NCBI GenBank assembly: GCA_008632985.1
Contig: QPGO01000047.1
Coordinates: 326,608-390,607, forward strand
Source: Psammoneis japonica
Taxonomy: Eukaryota
Reading direction: 5' to 3'
DNA: 64,000 bases
Below the pieces are notes generated by a model. It ran no database searches. It saw only the letters and a program-made list of their open reading frames with translations, and had not been told where the DNA came from. Below are positions 1-13,782 of this stretch, piece after piece (the stretch's first letter is position 1; every line of letters begins with the position of its first letter). Position numbers and translations under genes: made by a program.

Positions 1-964
1 TAATTCGTCTCCTACTAGAACCGCGACAACGTCCCCAGTCGCTGATAGGGAAACGTGTGTGGCATGTACACGAACACTCTCTCCCACCTGCACCCACTCA
101 TCCGTTGTAGCCATGGTTTCCTCCTTTTGAAAGTGTGTCATGTTGTGTCGTGCCGCGTTTCTGCGAGTCGCGAGTCGGGGGTCGGGGGAGCGACGGGAGA
201 CGGGCGAGCGAGCATAAGAGGCAGAAGCGAAGCAAGGACATCACTTTGGGCGCTCCGCGGGTAGAAAAAAATGCTGAAGGGCATGCTGCCGGTAGTATGA
301 TCGGATTGCATGAAAGGTCAGATGGCTACTATAGCTAGAGTAGCAGCTGTTGCCACGATGCTGTAGCTAGCTACTAGTAGAGTTAGTAGCGTGCTACATA
401 GTTATTTTATGGTGCTCGCTCATCATTTCACGCTACTGTAGGGCCACCACACAGAATCGGTCACAGTTGAGTGACATATGCCGACGAGGTGCATTTCCAG
501 TGTTTCATACCATAGCACAAGCTTTGATTGATTGACGCTATAGACAGTTTCGTCGGGTCGAGTTACATAACTGGTTTGCTGTGAGAAAACACCTGGATGG
601 GCTTTGATCTCCTCAATGCTTTTTCACGGCTCTCCGATCAAGTCATTGCCATTCTGACCACTGCCAAAAGTACTCCCGAGAAGAATTACATATGAACTCG
701 TGGGTCCACAAAAATGAAACTTTCATTTGTATTCGTTCAATGGATAACTGTACAGTAGAGAGGCCGAGAGGACAGAACCTGGCTAGGGGATGGGGTCACA
801 AAATGATCCCTGGAAAGCTCCTTGATCATTCTGCTTTCTTTGTACAACTCGGAGATTCAAAAAAGGAAACGGAGACTAAGCCTCTGCCTTGTCGTTTCCA
901 TGAAGGTAACAATCAGCAAACTCTTGCAGGTCGCTCCACATTCGAAACAGTTGCTTACACTTTT

Positions 965-1925
965 TCACGCCACCCACAAGCATTCCGTGAAAGCCTCCCG
1001 GACAGTCACCAGCCTCGCAACCACTCCATGCTCCTCGAGACGCCGCCTATGCTCTTTAGCTTCATCGTGAAACAGATCCAAGTCTCCCACCATAATCCAC
1101 GCAGGCGCTAAACCTGACAGATTTTTCCCGCCGTGATGCCGCGGCATAGGGAAGCAGATTCGCGTCGTCGGGCTCCAAACTCGGTCCCAAGTAACTGGAC
1201 CACGCAAATTGGTTACTTCTATTGTTCCACACAAGGTGTTCGGCTCGAGTTTTGTCCTGGTCAAGGCATGTGCGGTCGTCCAGCATGGGGTAACAAATAA
1301 TCTGACACGCAGAAAGAGGACGCCCCTGGGCATTTTCGTCAAGTAGACGCTGGCATAACTCTGCGGCAAGACCTCCACCAGAACTTTCACCCACCACGGC
1401 GATTCATAAATCATTCGCCGAGCTTTGCTGAGTCATCATCTGTTTCGTCACCCAATCGTACGCGGCAACCAGGTCAAATCTGCAGGAAGCGCTAAAGACT
1501 GGTACGTTTAGTTGGCGCACGAGGCGGTACATACCTTGCTCTCGTTGGCTCCTTCTGAGCATCCCATATCCTATGACTCTTCTTCCTCCGTGAATAAACA
1601 ATATCACTTTGTTTCCCGGTGGGAAGCTGACTCCTTCGGTATCAAAGGGATAAAATTAAATTGCCCAATGCCCTTGAAGTTATGCATCCTGACACCTTGC
1701 TTTGGTTGGCCGGGAAGCTTGGTCAAGGATCGTAAAAGTTTGACTTTCCACATGGAAGTGAAGGTTGTTTTGGTGGGAAGAATTCGCAACAAGGGTCTGA
1801 GCTCTAGATCGACTTGGTCTTTCCATTTGATGGGGCGACCATCGTCCATCGTGATCAGCGCACTGCTTCACCATTTCTGTCGCCGCTGTCGCTTCATCTC
1901 CATTCTTCGCGTCTATGGCTACCAT
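965..1925 (-). pseudogene. Frameshifted alpha/beta hydrolase (HSL / Abhydrolase_3-type esterase)
   Basis: Motifs are spread over several frames: ILFIHGG (HGGG box, degenerate), GESSGGGLAA (nucleophile elbow), YPMLDDRT, LAPAWIMVGDLDLFHDE. TpA is retained in this region. Confidence 0.8.
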
Positions 1926-2294
1926 TGTCTGTAACCGGTACTTAGATTGCGTTTCCAAGTTGTCGCATTCGCTAATTTCGATGACCTCTCTCCTTTGAGC
2001 GAAACAAGAAAACGAAAATAACACGAGTTGATTGCTTCAGTCTTGGATTCTCTCGCCAAAATAGACATTTGGCGATAGTGCGACAACTACTATCAGTAGA
2101 ATAGATATATGTGTTCCTTATATAATATGCATATTTATTATGTTTTGTTAACGACGTACAGTCTTGCATTTAACGAAAGTGCGACCACTTCTATCACCAG
2201 AATAAATAATTGAATGCTATTGACATGCATGCATACGGTGAAATTTTCAAACGTCTCGCACCCGCCATGAGCGAGTCCCCCGCTCCCAGCCATC

Positions 2295-2865
2295 ATGCCA
2301 TGAAGGCGGAGAGCGGAGCCATTCAATTTGCTCGGCACTAAATCCCATGCTATGGAGGATAACACACGCTCCAACTCAAAGGGAATGTGAGGACCTTAAG
2401 ATGGTAGAGTTCTCAATTTCAGATGCAGTAATCAAGCGATATTCGCCATCATGTTCTTCCGACTAGAGTATATCGAGAGGGGTGCATCTAAGAGCGTGAA
2501 CGCGGTAGCACGGTCATACCGGTACGTGTTCTTGGCCGGATCTTTGATGGACCAGCGGCCTGAGTGCAGTGCTGAACCCATTCCCCAAGGCGAAAGCCCC
2601 CAACAATTCCAGCTTTAAACCAACGAACAAGGCTAGGTATGAGACCTTCTGGGATCTGCCATACAAAGTCTATCTGCTTCGCCAAGTCTATCATTTCGAG
2701 AGTCATTGGCTCACGGCTGTTAGGCACTTTCATTATCATGCTGTTGTCCTTCCGAACGTCCCTGTATGTTGGATGGCACCCCTTTGGATATTCATACAGT
2801 GCAAGGCTGAGCGTGCAAGGCATACACCATACCGGTACACGGCCAACACTTGAGAGTTTTCCCAA
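2295..2865 (-). mobile_element. Tyrosine recombinase remnant (DIRS/Ngaro- or Crypton-like)
   Basis: REPMTLEMI...GFRLGEW in ORF 2488-2865. Manual translation downstream gives GEYRLITASEIE and SHSL*VGACVILHSMGFSAEQI (HxxR box with probable CGA->TGA), then SAFMA after a frameshift. Confidence 0.7.
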
Positions 2866-3098
2866 CCATAGTCATATCTGGGTCGTCAATGTGCCACTCT
2901 TACAGTATACTAGCTACAATCGGTCGCAAATGAGTGACATGCCGAAGAGTGCCCGTGGTGTTTCATACGGTAGGTATAGTACCTGCTTTAGATGTTATGA
3001 GCGCTATACTCGAACCGATATATCCCTGAACTGTTTTCTTCCTCTTCATCCTGTACAGATTCGGAGTTATGCGCAAATGAGCTGGAAGGACAAAGGAC

Positions 3099-5938
3099 TT
3101 AGATCTCCTCTACATTTTTCCAAGGCTCAGTGATCAAGGCATAATCGCTGTCAAAGAAGAAAGCCTCGAAAGGATGGGCGCTGACAAACGCGGACCAAGG
3201 GGTGTCCTGAAAAGCAGTGATACTGTCAACGCCAACAGGAATAAGTTGAGCGTTCCATAGATCTCCGTTGCGATAGACGTTGTCGTAGACTCCCTTCTTC
3301 CACATAATCTTGTCATGGGATTCGACCCAGTTTTCTGACACCTTGATCCTCATGGTCGATGACACCATTGGAGCACTGAAAGTTGCTTCCATGTCCCCAT
3401 TTCGGATGAAAACGTTCAAGGAGCCATTGTCGATGGTCTTGACAATTATATCAGCTTGAGGCTTTAAAATTTCTTCGATATCCAGTCCTATCGCGTCGCT
3501 CTCCACTCGAAAGGGATGTAAGTAAGAGTTTCCATCATCATCCCCGACATAAACCGTCCAAGCAGCTTTGTCAGAGGAATCTCCACCATACAAGAAATCC
3601 TCGACGTAAACAGATACAGTCATCATATGCTTTGGCTTCGAAGTATCTGTCATTGCCATTTTCACTAAATGATATCCATCAGGCAGTGCAATGGCTTTCT
3701 CCAGCGACGTAATCGTTTCCTCGGGAATCTCAAAGTTAAGAATCAGCTTTGGCGTCTCCGGATATTTACCTTTCATCAAGGTATCAGACAACGGTTGTTG
3801 ATCACCAGTGAGAATGCTTACGGCTGATAACTGAGCCAGACCGCCGTACACTTGACTCTTGAGAGGTTGGAGCTGCATCTGAACCTCTAACGGAAGGAAA
3901 TTGAGATTGTGCCAAGGGCGGACAACATAGTCAATCCCTTTCTCGTAAACAAAGGAGCAAACAGGGGCGCGGGGGTCAAGAAGCAAGCCATCAAAGATGT
4001 TTGAGCCAGACACGCTTGTAAGCGGGGCGTCAATTGGATCCTGTGCAGTGAAGGACTTGTCCCAATGTACTTGGTCGGCTACACCATTGCGCCAGTAAAC
4101 CAAGTCGTTCGCATTAATCCAATCCTTCTCCACCGCCAGCGGTGCGTTTGAGTCAAGTGTAAAGCGGGCTTCCCAGCCTCCAGAGGCAATTGACAGTGTG
4201 TTTCCCACTCTCGAATGAGAAACGTCGGTGGCATCGACTGCGCCCTTCACTGGATCAAAGCTGTCAACGCTGGACAACGCTTCAATGACCATGTAGTACG
4301 GCTGCGAGCCGTCTTGATTCGCAACGTAGATGGAGTACTCAAAACGGACTCCAATGGAGGTGTCGCCGGGTATATCCTCAAAGTCAACAACGTACGTGTT
4401 CAGAGTCAACATGAAGCGGGGTTCCTTCCCGTCGACGATTTGGATCGGCACCATGGTTAGACCAAGGTTCTTGAGTTTCAACTCGTTGTCGAGCTGAGCC
4501 TTGCCGGTGTCAGAAAGCTCCCAATTCACAAACAACACGTTATCTAGCTGAGTCAACCGGAGTAATGTTTCGGCCTTGCCTGCGAGAATATCTGCAGCTC
4601 TTCGATTCCAGTTGTCAAAGAAGGCCTGGCGTTTGAAATCGACTCGTTCTTCCTTCTCTGCGAGCATAAGGTACGGCGTGCCTGACGAGCTTGTGATGTC
4701 TTCGTATTGCCATGTAATGGCTTTGGAATTTGACCCATACGCCTGAACTGACCTCAGCTTCGTCTTGTCAGGAAGCAAGCTGAGCAACGGATTAATATTT
4801 TGAGTTGGAAGGCACTTGTCATTCACTTTGAAGTTGCGGATCCGTGCATTGATAAAGTATTTGTTGAAGTAGTTCACATTCTTGTCAATGGGACTCCTAT
4901 AAGCAAGACCTAGTATATGAAAGATTGGTTGGATCGACGCATTGTGTTCAGTGGACGAACGAAGATAAGGATTGGTTGAGTGCTCACAAGATGTTACTTA
5001 CTGTTTGCCAGAACAAAATCTCGACTGAATATGGTCGTCTTCTCTTTGCAGTCCTGGTTAACTTCGATCGTGATATCCTCATTCAGGTCACCGCCACTGA
5101 TGGAAAACCCACCACTGCCTACCAGGAAATTGAAGGCGAAGACATGTGGGAAGGCGACCTTCCCAGTGCGCGAATCCAAGGCTAGGTTTTCAATAGAATC
5201 CTTGTATGCTTGTAAGAGCGTCTTGTCGTCCTGAAAGGCTCTTGGTACTTCTAACACGGCAGCAAGGAACACAAGCGATGGCTCTCCATCCGTGTCTGTT
5301 GCATACGTGAAGAGGTCGGCTCGTCCGACTTGAACTTCCATACCTCCGAACTCAACGCCGATCGACGCCAAGTAGAAGCTGACGTAGTATCCCTCTTTAC
5401 GAGATAGACGTCTTTGTCCGGGTCTCTTTCTATTGTGATTGGGAGTTTCCGCTTTGCCCTTCTTTGGTGTCCCTTCAATATCGTCGATCTTCAAGGGAGA
5501 GAATCTTGAGTCAGGCATCCTTGACACAGCTTCGGAAAAGCTGATCGGAAAATGGAGTTTGAACCCTTCGTAGTAATCAACAGAGAGAACACTGCAGGTG
5601 ACGTCTCCAGGAGAAGGAGCGGGAGAGCTAGTGCCCGGTGAGGGTCCAAGGGTTAAGCATGGTGTGTAGGTAAGGCACGTCGCACAAGAGGACTGACAGG
5701 TGTTTTGGCAACACACTGCCGCGGCACAGGCATCGGCACAAGCCTGCCACTTTTCGACAGTGTCGACTTTATCGCATTCGTTACCGAGACCAGGAGGGCA
5801 AGTCTGTAGTTCTCGTTTGGTGGGTGCTCGGTTCTTCGCCCTTTTCACCTCCTCCAATAGAGATTGCGGTATGAAGCTGTTGTGAGTGAGTGTTCCGGGA
5901 AGGAAACACAACAACAAGGCTAGCCTCTGTTTCTTCAT
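3099..5938 (-). CDS. Secreted hypothetical protein (~915 aa, 2 exons) with Cys-rich N-terminus and repeated domains
   Basis: Signal-peptide-like MKKQRLALLLCFLPG. Intron 4910-5001 (GTAAGT...TAG) joins ORFs 4994-5941 and 3099-4877 in frame. Internal repeats (DWINANDLVYWRNGVAD / NWVESHDKIMWKKGVYD; RPWHN / EPWKN). Confidence 0.8.
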
Positions 5939-6109
5939 CAAGACCTGTCGCTCAATGCTGCTGTTTGTTGTGTGACTGGTTTTATGTTGGATACCGTGTC
6001 AAACGCCACGGCTGTACGAGCGAAAAGGAAAAACTAGATAGACTGAAAACGGTCCGAAGCTTTCAAATAGCTTTAATCACACGGGAATGAACTAAGCGAC
6101 CCACTTTTG

Positions 6110-6243
6110 ACATCACCACCAATACTCTTACATTTCCCTCTTTCTAGAGAGTATGCTACAGCGTACCGGTACATCACCCCCAATACTCTCTACATTTCCC
6201 TCTCTAGCTAGAGAGTATGCTACAGAGTACAGTACCGGTACAT
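6110..6243. repeat. ~62-bp imperfect tandem duplication between genes
   Basis: catcacc.ccaatactct..acatttccctct...agagagtatgctacag...gtaccggtacat occurs twice in succession. Confidence 0.85.
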
Positions 6244-6367
6244 TATGCGTTGATCAACGCTTAAAAAAATAGATTCCGACAGATAACGTTATCAAATCGA
6301 GCGTTGGTTGTGTGACTGGCTCTGCCTCTGCCTTAGTAGAACCTACGAACGCCGTATGGCTTCGCTT

Positions 6368-9300
6368 TTAGCACCTGCCATCTTCCTGAGCCTTGTATAA
6401 CAATGGGGTGACAATGAGGAATGCTTCCAAATCATCGACAGAATGTTCATGACGGAACAAGACAAATTCTGCATCGGTTGTGCGACTGAGCACCCGGTTT
6501 CGAAGGCGAGCAACTGTTTGGTAGTGCAAAACTGGGAGTTGTTCTGAGATCGGTTTCGGCTTGTAATTGTGGGTAGCTAGAACCATAATGCTGTCTTGTG
6601 CAGCGTCGGTACGTTCGGAAGTGCTGTTCAAGTGAAGAGCTTCGTAGGCACGACTAAACATCGGCGGCGCATCACGTAGACTGTCAGGCAGGGTGCAATT
6701 GTCCGCTCGAACCTTTTGAATCATAGAGCCGACTCTCTTGACTCGGTTGCAAACAATTGGTACGTAGTCATGGAGCAGCATTGCCGCTTTGGCTCGCACG
6801 GCATCAGCGCTGTCCGCGTCTCTGCAGATTTCTTTTATTATACATTGTTCCTTTTCGAGGGCTTCACCTGCGACGTGAAGACCTACGGACGCAAGAAAGT
6901 CTTCCAGAACTAACACTTCGTTAAGATACCTTGCAGATGCACTTCGAGTGGCCCGTCGAAGCTGTTCTACTACCACTGAATCGGTCGAGCCATCAAATGC
7001 TGTCATCTCCAGAAACGTGTTCCTACAGATGCACGAGAGAGAATGTCCCATTGGTCCAAGAGCAATTGGAGCGCGGTATATCTGCAGCAGCTTCAAGTTG
7101 AAGTCTGATGCAACAGAAATGGAAAGTTCTGAATGAAGTTTCCCATCAACTATTATCTCGGATATGCTGTCTCCGAAATCACTCCTTGCCATATATTGGA
7201 TACGTTCGTCCCATCGACGTTGTTCGCATTCGTTCATGTTTATACATTCTTTTTGAAGAATATGCCCAGCTCGCTGCAGAAGCCTATTAAACTCCTCTCT
7301 GTCTGGGTTGAATCGGCGCCCTTGTAGTTCCGCCGCCAGAAGTAGGACATTGAATGAGGGGTTTGTCTTTGTATCAAGACGTTCAATCAACGCCTCGGCT
7401 ATGCAGTCTATTTGAACAGGGGTGCAGACATCTAGAGCAATGTCTGCTAGCATCGGGCTCTGAAATATCAGGACACTCTCGCCATCTTCTTCTCGTATAG
7501 TCAGCTGCAAAAAGCAAGCAGAAAGAAGGTTGTCAGAGAATTCGGACCTTTTCAAGAGAAAAGGACAAGCACGTTCACGTACCAGGCACATATCCTCCAT
7601 TTCCTTCAATATGACACCCATCAAGTGAGCATCAACACCCTCTGCAACAATGTCGTTTATAGCTTCCCACATGATGCGACGCGATAGTTTGTAGCATCCA
7701 CTTCGATTTGAAACAGCAAGAATCTTGCAAAACATCTGAAAAACAGGAGGAAGGTCATCGTAGATCTGGGCAAGCCTTGTCGTGACATCATCGCTGATTT
7801 GCATCACAGAGAGTCGTCTCACATCTTCAATGCCACCATGAGGAATGTCGAACATGTGGTCACCTGTTAGCTCCTTCGTTCCACTTTGCGCCAGAGAGCT
7901 TGCGCACAGCAGATGTAAGCTCCAAGAAATACCCAGCCATGTACCCAGCGCTTTCAGCAAACGTTGTAAGCGCAGTATCCGTCATTTTAACATCCCAAAC
8001 TTCTTGAAACATTTGATGTAGATCTTCCTTTGATGACTCGCCCAATTTGACAACTGGGACTTCCAACCGTTTGTGCGATCGTGTGATCTGTTCAACAATG
8101 TCAGGTGGAGTTGGGCAGTTGTATAAGCCACCTGATCATTATTAGAAAAAATGAACTACGGGGTCAGATGGCTTCGAGGGGGTAGGATATAGGCGGAAGC
8201 GAGTCGAAAACTTACAGTGAACAAGCAAAAATGATATCCTGCCCGTTCCGCCGTCCTCGCTCAACGTACTCGAAGATCTCTGTGATAGTATGCTTGAGTG
8301 CCGAGTGACCTTTCTCTGTCCATGGAGGCACTCTCGAATTAACGAGAATGAGAACTCGTCCAAATACTGAACACGATTTACCACGAAGCACGCTGCTAAC
8401 TTCGATTCGATTGCCATCTGCACAAGGGCTACGCATTCATCGTGAGCCCGACTTAATCGGTTGCATTTCATGTGCTCAAGTACGTGTTCAGCAAGAAGAC
8501 GGATTCGATCTTCTTCAACGTGGCTATACCAAATTGCGATTGTTCGGGCCAACTGCAGCATACCAGCTTGGCTCCCACAATTGTGTTGGAACGGGACGAG
8601 GTTCGCTAGTCCAGCAGCGCTTTGTGCCGCGATCTTTTTGCAAGAATCTGGGGGGCCGGTAATCAATACAGCGGACCGGACCTTTTCCCCTGCAGTATGA
8701 CTGTATATCGTCTGAACTGCATCTTTTTGCATAGTTGGATGAACCGTCTCGAGTACGCGAAAAGCAGCAGACTTAGTTGATTTGGTTAGGGTGTAAACGG
8801 AGCAGGGCTCGACACTTCCTTTCAATTTCACCACAGAACCGGTGTGAAGTCGAATAGTCCTCGTCGAGGCAAGCCGGTCGTCATATAGAGATTGGTCAAT
8901 TGCAACTTCAACTTGATGAGTAAGAGCGTACTGCATAAGCCGAGCAGCACGAACAGCAGGCGGGCCGGTGATGTCCCAGCGACACGCGATGTTTCTGAAG
9001 CAAGGAAAACGAAAAGATAGAGGGAAGGTTAGGAAGTCACCGAAAAAAGCGGCTGCCAGAATGAAAATTCCAACTCACGCCGATCCTGTAACTCCGCAAA
9101 AGCACGGGCCTTTTGAGATACCGATTGCACAACCGACTTGCTTGTCAACGAGCTCCCTACAGACTTTGAGACCAAGCAAACTGGCCTCTGGGGCAGCCTC
9201 ATAAAGGTTGACTGCGGCCACGACATGCACACCCTTGTCGTCATCTAAAATCTGAACAATGGGGCATCGATGCTTGTCTAATACCTGTTGGACCTCCATC

Positions 9301-10379
9301 AGCCAGTTTACAGAGTTTTGATTCGCCGTCATGGCTATGAACAACACACAGAGGTTCCTCATTTGAGAAATCTGTGTCGGCGACAATCCTCCATGCGTGA
9401 GTAGCTGGAGCACAACAGGGTGGATAAATTCTTTTTCGATTGTTTCATTTCTTCTTGAACAGCGTTCCACCACGACAGTTTCAATATAATCCTCGATCCT
9501 GTTCTCGTCGGTTTCATCAAGATGTATACACTCCATTATCTTTTGCCCATCGTGAGCGCCGCTTACGTTCCTGAACGTACCCCGTTTACCAACTAATCTG
9601 GTCCATTCTCTTGAAACGCAGACTTCACCAGCCTTGGCCAAGTCCACCAAGTCGCTCATTTCTTCAAGCGCTTCTCCACCGCAGCTGTGGAACAAGCGTT
9701 GCATGTTCTCGTGCACAGGAGCCCTGAAAATTTCTGACTCCATTTGGCCGCAGTGCAGCCCACAATGAATGCGAAACTCATGATCTGTTCCTTCAACTGG
9801 GTGGCGTCCCGCATCACGCTGCATCTGCAAGACGCACTTTGAGGCCTGCAATACATTTAACTCGAGTTCAGCTTCGGTGCCTTCCCATACAATCAACACG
9901 GCATCACCAGCAAATTTGACAACATCTCCGCTATGCAGCTTCACGATATCGAGCAACCGACTCAAGTACGAATTCACAACTGAGCTCAAGAAGTGCGCGC
10001 CTCGGTGTGCGATCGCTGCGGTGATTCGAGAGTAGCTACACAAATCCACGAAAAGGACGGCAGCATGGCACGTATAAGGCCGAAAGCTGACCTTTGAATG
10101 ATATCGCTGCGTCACGCACGATCGAAACGCCAAGTCAGAGACAAACGGATTTATCAGAGAGGCCCATTCGTCACTTCCTTGTCGAATGGATCGAACGGCA
10201 AACGTCCCCGAACTGCTCTTGGTCCGTGTCAAACCTTGTTCTCTCAAAAGAGCAGCGGTACTTCCTGTTCTGCCCCCCAGACTGCTTCTGATGTTCGACA
10301 ACGTCGGGCGTCTCGGCAACTCTTTTCCGTCTTCGAAATGATGAGCATAGCGGTTCTTGATTATTTCCAGGTCCTGCAT
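6368..10379 (-). CDS. Soluble-type (ADCY10-like) class III nucleotide cyclase with tandem catalytic domains and P-loop-like region
   Basis: AVLFVDLCSYS, GDVVKFAGDA, IHCGLHCG, DDKG, and a joined ACRWDITGPPAVRAARLM; P-loop-like ITGPPDSCKK. Predicted introns 8995-9078, 8132-8215 and 7505-7582. One unexplained frameshift near 7870-7890. Confidence 0.85.
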
Positions 10380-10689
10380 GGTGTATTATACACCGGTTGA
10401 CTTGCAGTCAGTTTATATTGCTGCAAGAAGTAACTGAGCTGTTTGTTCTGTTGACCCAGTATGATTTTGACAGCTGATTGTGATCGGATGTGGCACCGCT
10501 GTTTGCTTGGCGGCGACTTGAGAAAAGTGTAATGACGTGGGCATGTAATGACGTCATGTAATATTGCCCTTCTCGCGCTCGCTTGGTTTCGTAGACCCAC
10601 CGGCGCAGCACCGGCCGCGAGCGGTTTTGGTCAATTTTCTGGGTGAGAGAACCGCACAAACTCTGCATCAGCATCAAAAAATCGTGCTT

Positions 10690-12860
10690 CACATTGTCCG
10701 CTGCATTTGCTCAGATCCATTTTTTCAAGGAGAATGATTGAAATGAGTTTCTCTCATGTTGGCCTGGAAGGGCGAGTGTGCACTGGTGGTTTGATCAGGT
10801 GGAGTCGAGGAGGGGTTTGAGGGTTTGAGATGGATCTCTGGTTGTTTTTGAACATGCCCATCTCTGCCAAAATGCCCAACAGCTCTGACTGCCCCAGAGG
10901 GTAGCTTCAAAACTCCTTGTGGGCTGGCCAGCATGCACCTCCAGGTGCTGTGGAGCTTGGAGGGCCCTGTGCTTCTCCTTGTCTCTGCTGCATCTGGCTG
11001 CTGCAGCCATCTGGTGGCGAGAGCATGGTGCCTCCAGCTGCTGCAGAGACTGCCCCCGTGTCATGGAGCACAAAATGTGGGCTGTTGTAGAAGCATCAGA
11101 GCACCGCAGCAGCTGCAGCTGTTTGCCAATGGTGTGGCGGCTCTCAAGCTGCGGGGTCACCACACACAAAGCCACTCTTCTTGGGCTGTTCCCAAGCTGC
11201 GAACAAACTCACAAAGCGAGCAAATGACTGGGGGCAGTCAGCCAGTTTTGTGCTCACTCAATGGTGGTGCAAGAGGAGGTTGCCAAGGTTGAGTGAGCAA
11301 CTGCAACATGCAATCAAATGGTCAAGCCTGATGCATTGTCAAGTGTGGTGGTTGCAAAGGTTGGCTGGTGGTTGCAAGTGGAGAGGAGCCCATTTCCAAA
11401 AGAGGTGCTGTGGAGCTTGGAAGGCCCTGTGCTTCTCCTTGTCTCTGCCACATCTGGCTGCTGCAGCCATCCGGTGAGAGCAAGGTGCCTCCAGCCACTG
11501 CAGAGACTGCCCCCCTCCTGTCACAGAGTGCAAAATGTGGGCTGTTGCAGAAGCATCAGAGCACCAAAGCAGCTGCAGCTGTTTGCCCATGGCATGGCTG
11601 CTCTTAAGCTGCATCAAGCTGCATCCCCCACACACAAAGCTCTTTGTGCTCTTCCTGCACAGTCCAACCAGCTCCACTTTTCCACAACACAAAAGTGCCA
11701 GCCCAGCAAACAAAATTTTCAAACTCTCTCTCTCTCCATGCCAAGAGGAGCATGGTGCATTGCTGTTCAAGGAACAGAAGATTGTGAAAATGTCCTCACT
11801 TTCATGCTGCACAAAATTGGCCCAGCCCCTGATGTCAAACAATTTTGGATCACACTCAAATTCAAGTTCCTTGGGTCAGTGTAAAAACAAAACTTGCTTT
11901 TTAAAGATTTTCTGTTTTGCTGGTTGACAGCAACAAACAAACAACGTGGTGGCAGTTGAGCCATCTCCAGCTTGGCACTCTTTTCTCAGTGCTCTCACAA
12001 AAAACTGGCATGTGTTGAAGAGAGCAAAATGTGAGCTCATTTTGTGAAAATTGTTGTTGGCAACACAGCACAACAACGTGGCATTTGTTGATGTGCGCTG
12101 GTGGTTTTTTGGACTTGGGCACACCACCAAAATGCCCAAAAGTCCAATGAGCAGGGCGGTTGGAGCAATGACCACCCACAGTTGCTTGACACATTTTGTG
12201 GGCAGATCTTCTTGTGCTGTCATTGTGCTCAGTTGCCTCACAACACTTTCCCAACCCACATTGTCCCCAATGACACAACATGCTTTAAAAAATCAAACAA
12301 ACAGGGTCCTCATCAAATGGACCTCACAGGGAGGTGTCCCTGTCAGCAAGTCAAAAATGATGCCACAGCTGCAGAACACTGCAGACAACATTTTTTTGTT
12401 CCTCCAAGCCGCTGCCCCACCCAGTGCCTGAGCCCAAATCACAATCACAAGGCAACCCTGCTGCCCACAACCACAACTTTGGCCCTTGCTGTCTCCCCTC
12501 CCCCTCTCTCTCTCTTCCCCTTCCATCATGTTTTTCTCCCCTTTTCTGCTTCCCCTTCCCCTGCCCTGCCCTGGCCCCAACCCTGCCCCTGCAGATTTGG
12601 GGCAAAACCTGCACCCCACAGCTTTTTGCTCTTTGCAGCTTTTAGACAAACCCTGTGCCCTGTTGCTTTCTGGACTTTTGTGCAAAACCTGTGCCCCGCA
12701 GCTTTCTGCACTGTGGTGGTGGGCATCATCTCTGTTTTCTTTTTGAATCTGGGGGAACACACCTTAAATGACATTTGATGAATCTGGTCCATCTCTGACT
12801 GGAGTCTGGAATTTGATGTGCACTCCAATGTGTCTCCACCACTGCCAAAGAGACAGAGGA
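10690..12860. other. TpA/CpG-depleted block of unidentified eroded DNA
   Basis: Very few TA or CG, strong TG/CA excess, and overlapping Cys/His-rich Tyr-free ORFs in all frames. Normal composition on both flanks. Confidence 0.85.
10943..11612. repeat. ~210-bp direct repeat (10943-11152 and 11403-11612)
   Basis: aggtgctgtggagcttgg...aagctgc present twice. Many differences are TG/CA/TA swaps (ttgtagaag/ttgcagaag, ctcaag/cttaag, ctgc/ccac). Confidence 0.9.
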
Positions 12861-13099
12861 AAGACGTGATGGCGAAATAAGCGCCACAGTGTGTAGTTTG
12901 ACAGTTTTCTCTACAGTGCGTAACGAAGTCTTGCACAGGCCAGTAAAGGGTGAAATTTGCAAACGTAGAACACACACTTTGTGTACCATGTCAAAACGAA
13001 CTACTGTGGGCGACAGACGTTTTTGTCGCTAGAGTAGTGCATGTTCTACGTTCTCTAATTCTACGCGATAACGAGTAGGAAACGGATCAAAGAATTGAA

Positions 13100-13640
13100 T
13101 CATCTAATCTATTTCTTTGGAGGAATAGCGAGAGGGTTTCGGAGCAAGTTGTAGGGATTGTATTTGGTCTTGATGGTTTAAATCTTTTAGTACAGCCAGT
13201 ACTTAGCATCGTAGTCGTAGTAGGCACTCTTGACATTCTTCAACGGTTCCATGGATTTGGTATGACCGGGCTAGTAGTTCTTGCTAAAGCGATGGTCAAA
13301 AATGTACTCGCGAAGAGCCTGCTCATAATACTCGAAGTCTTTGGGTTTACCACTTCCCTCCTTTTAACCACAAGGAGTAAGTTATCACTAGCTGAATCTC
13401 GCTTGCCATAGGCCGTGTTTTCATTCTTGGTATCCATGGGACGAGGACCATGAATTTGCTTGTGCATTTCAGATGCAACCTTGGTCAATAGGTCCTCTAT
13501 CCATTCCATGTCGGCCTTGCAAGAGTCAATGGCACCAAAAACGTCACGTCCAGCCGCAATGAGTTGATGAACATCTACGGAATTTGAGTGCCAAGACGCT
13601 TGTTTTTGGGCAAGAAGTCCAAGCCATTGTCCTCCGCCGT
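13100..13640 (-). pseudogene. FAD-linked oxidase (berberine-bridge-enzyme-like) C-terminal remnant, copy 1
   Basis: Manual translation gives IKTKYNPYNLLRNPLAIPPKK*, resembling the BBE C-terminal pattern (LxxIKxKYDPxNxFRNPxSI). Upstream ENTAYGKRD. Frameshifts present. Confidence 0.6.
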
Positions 13641-13782
13641 CTTGGTGCTCTTAGCTTCACATCGCTAAAAGGCAACACAATGGCAAAAGGGACAGAAGTA
13701 TTTGTTGCCAGTGCTGCTCTGCCATGGGTCTATGTTCTCCAATTCTAAGTGACAACACGCAGGAAACGGAACAAAAAAGCGA

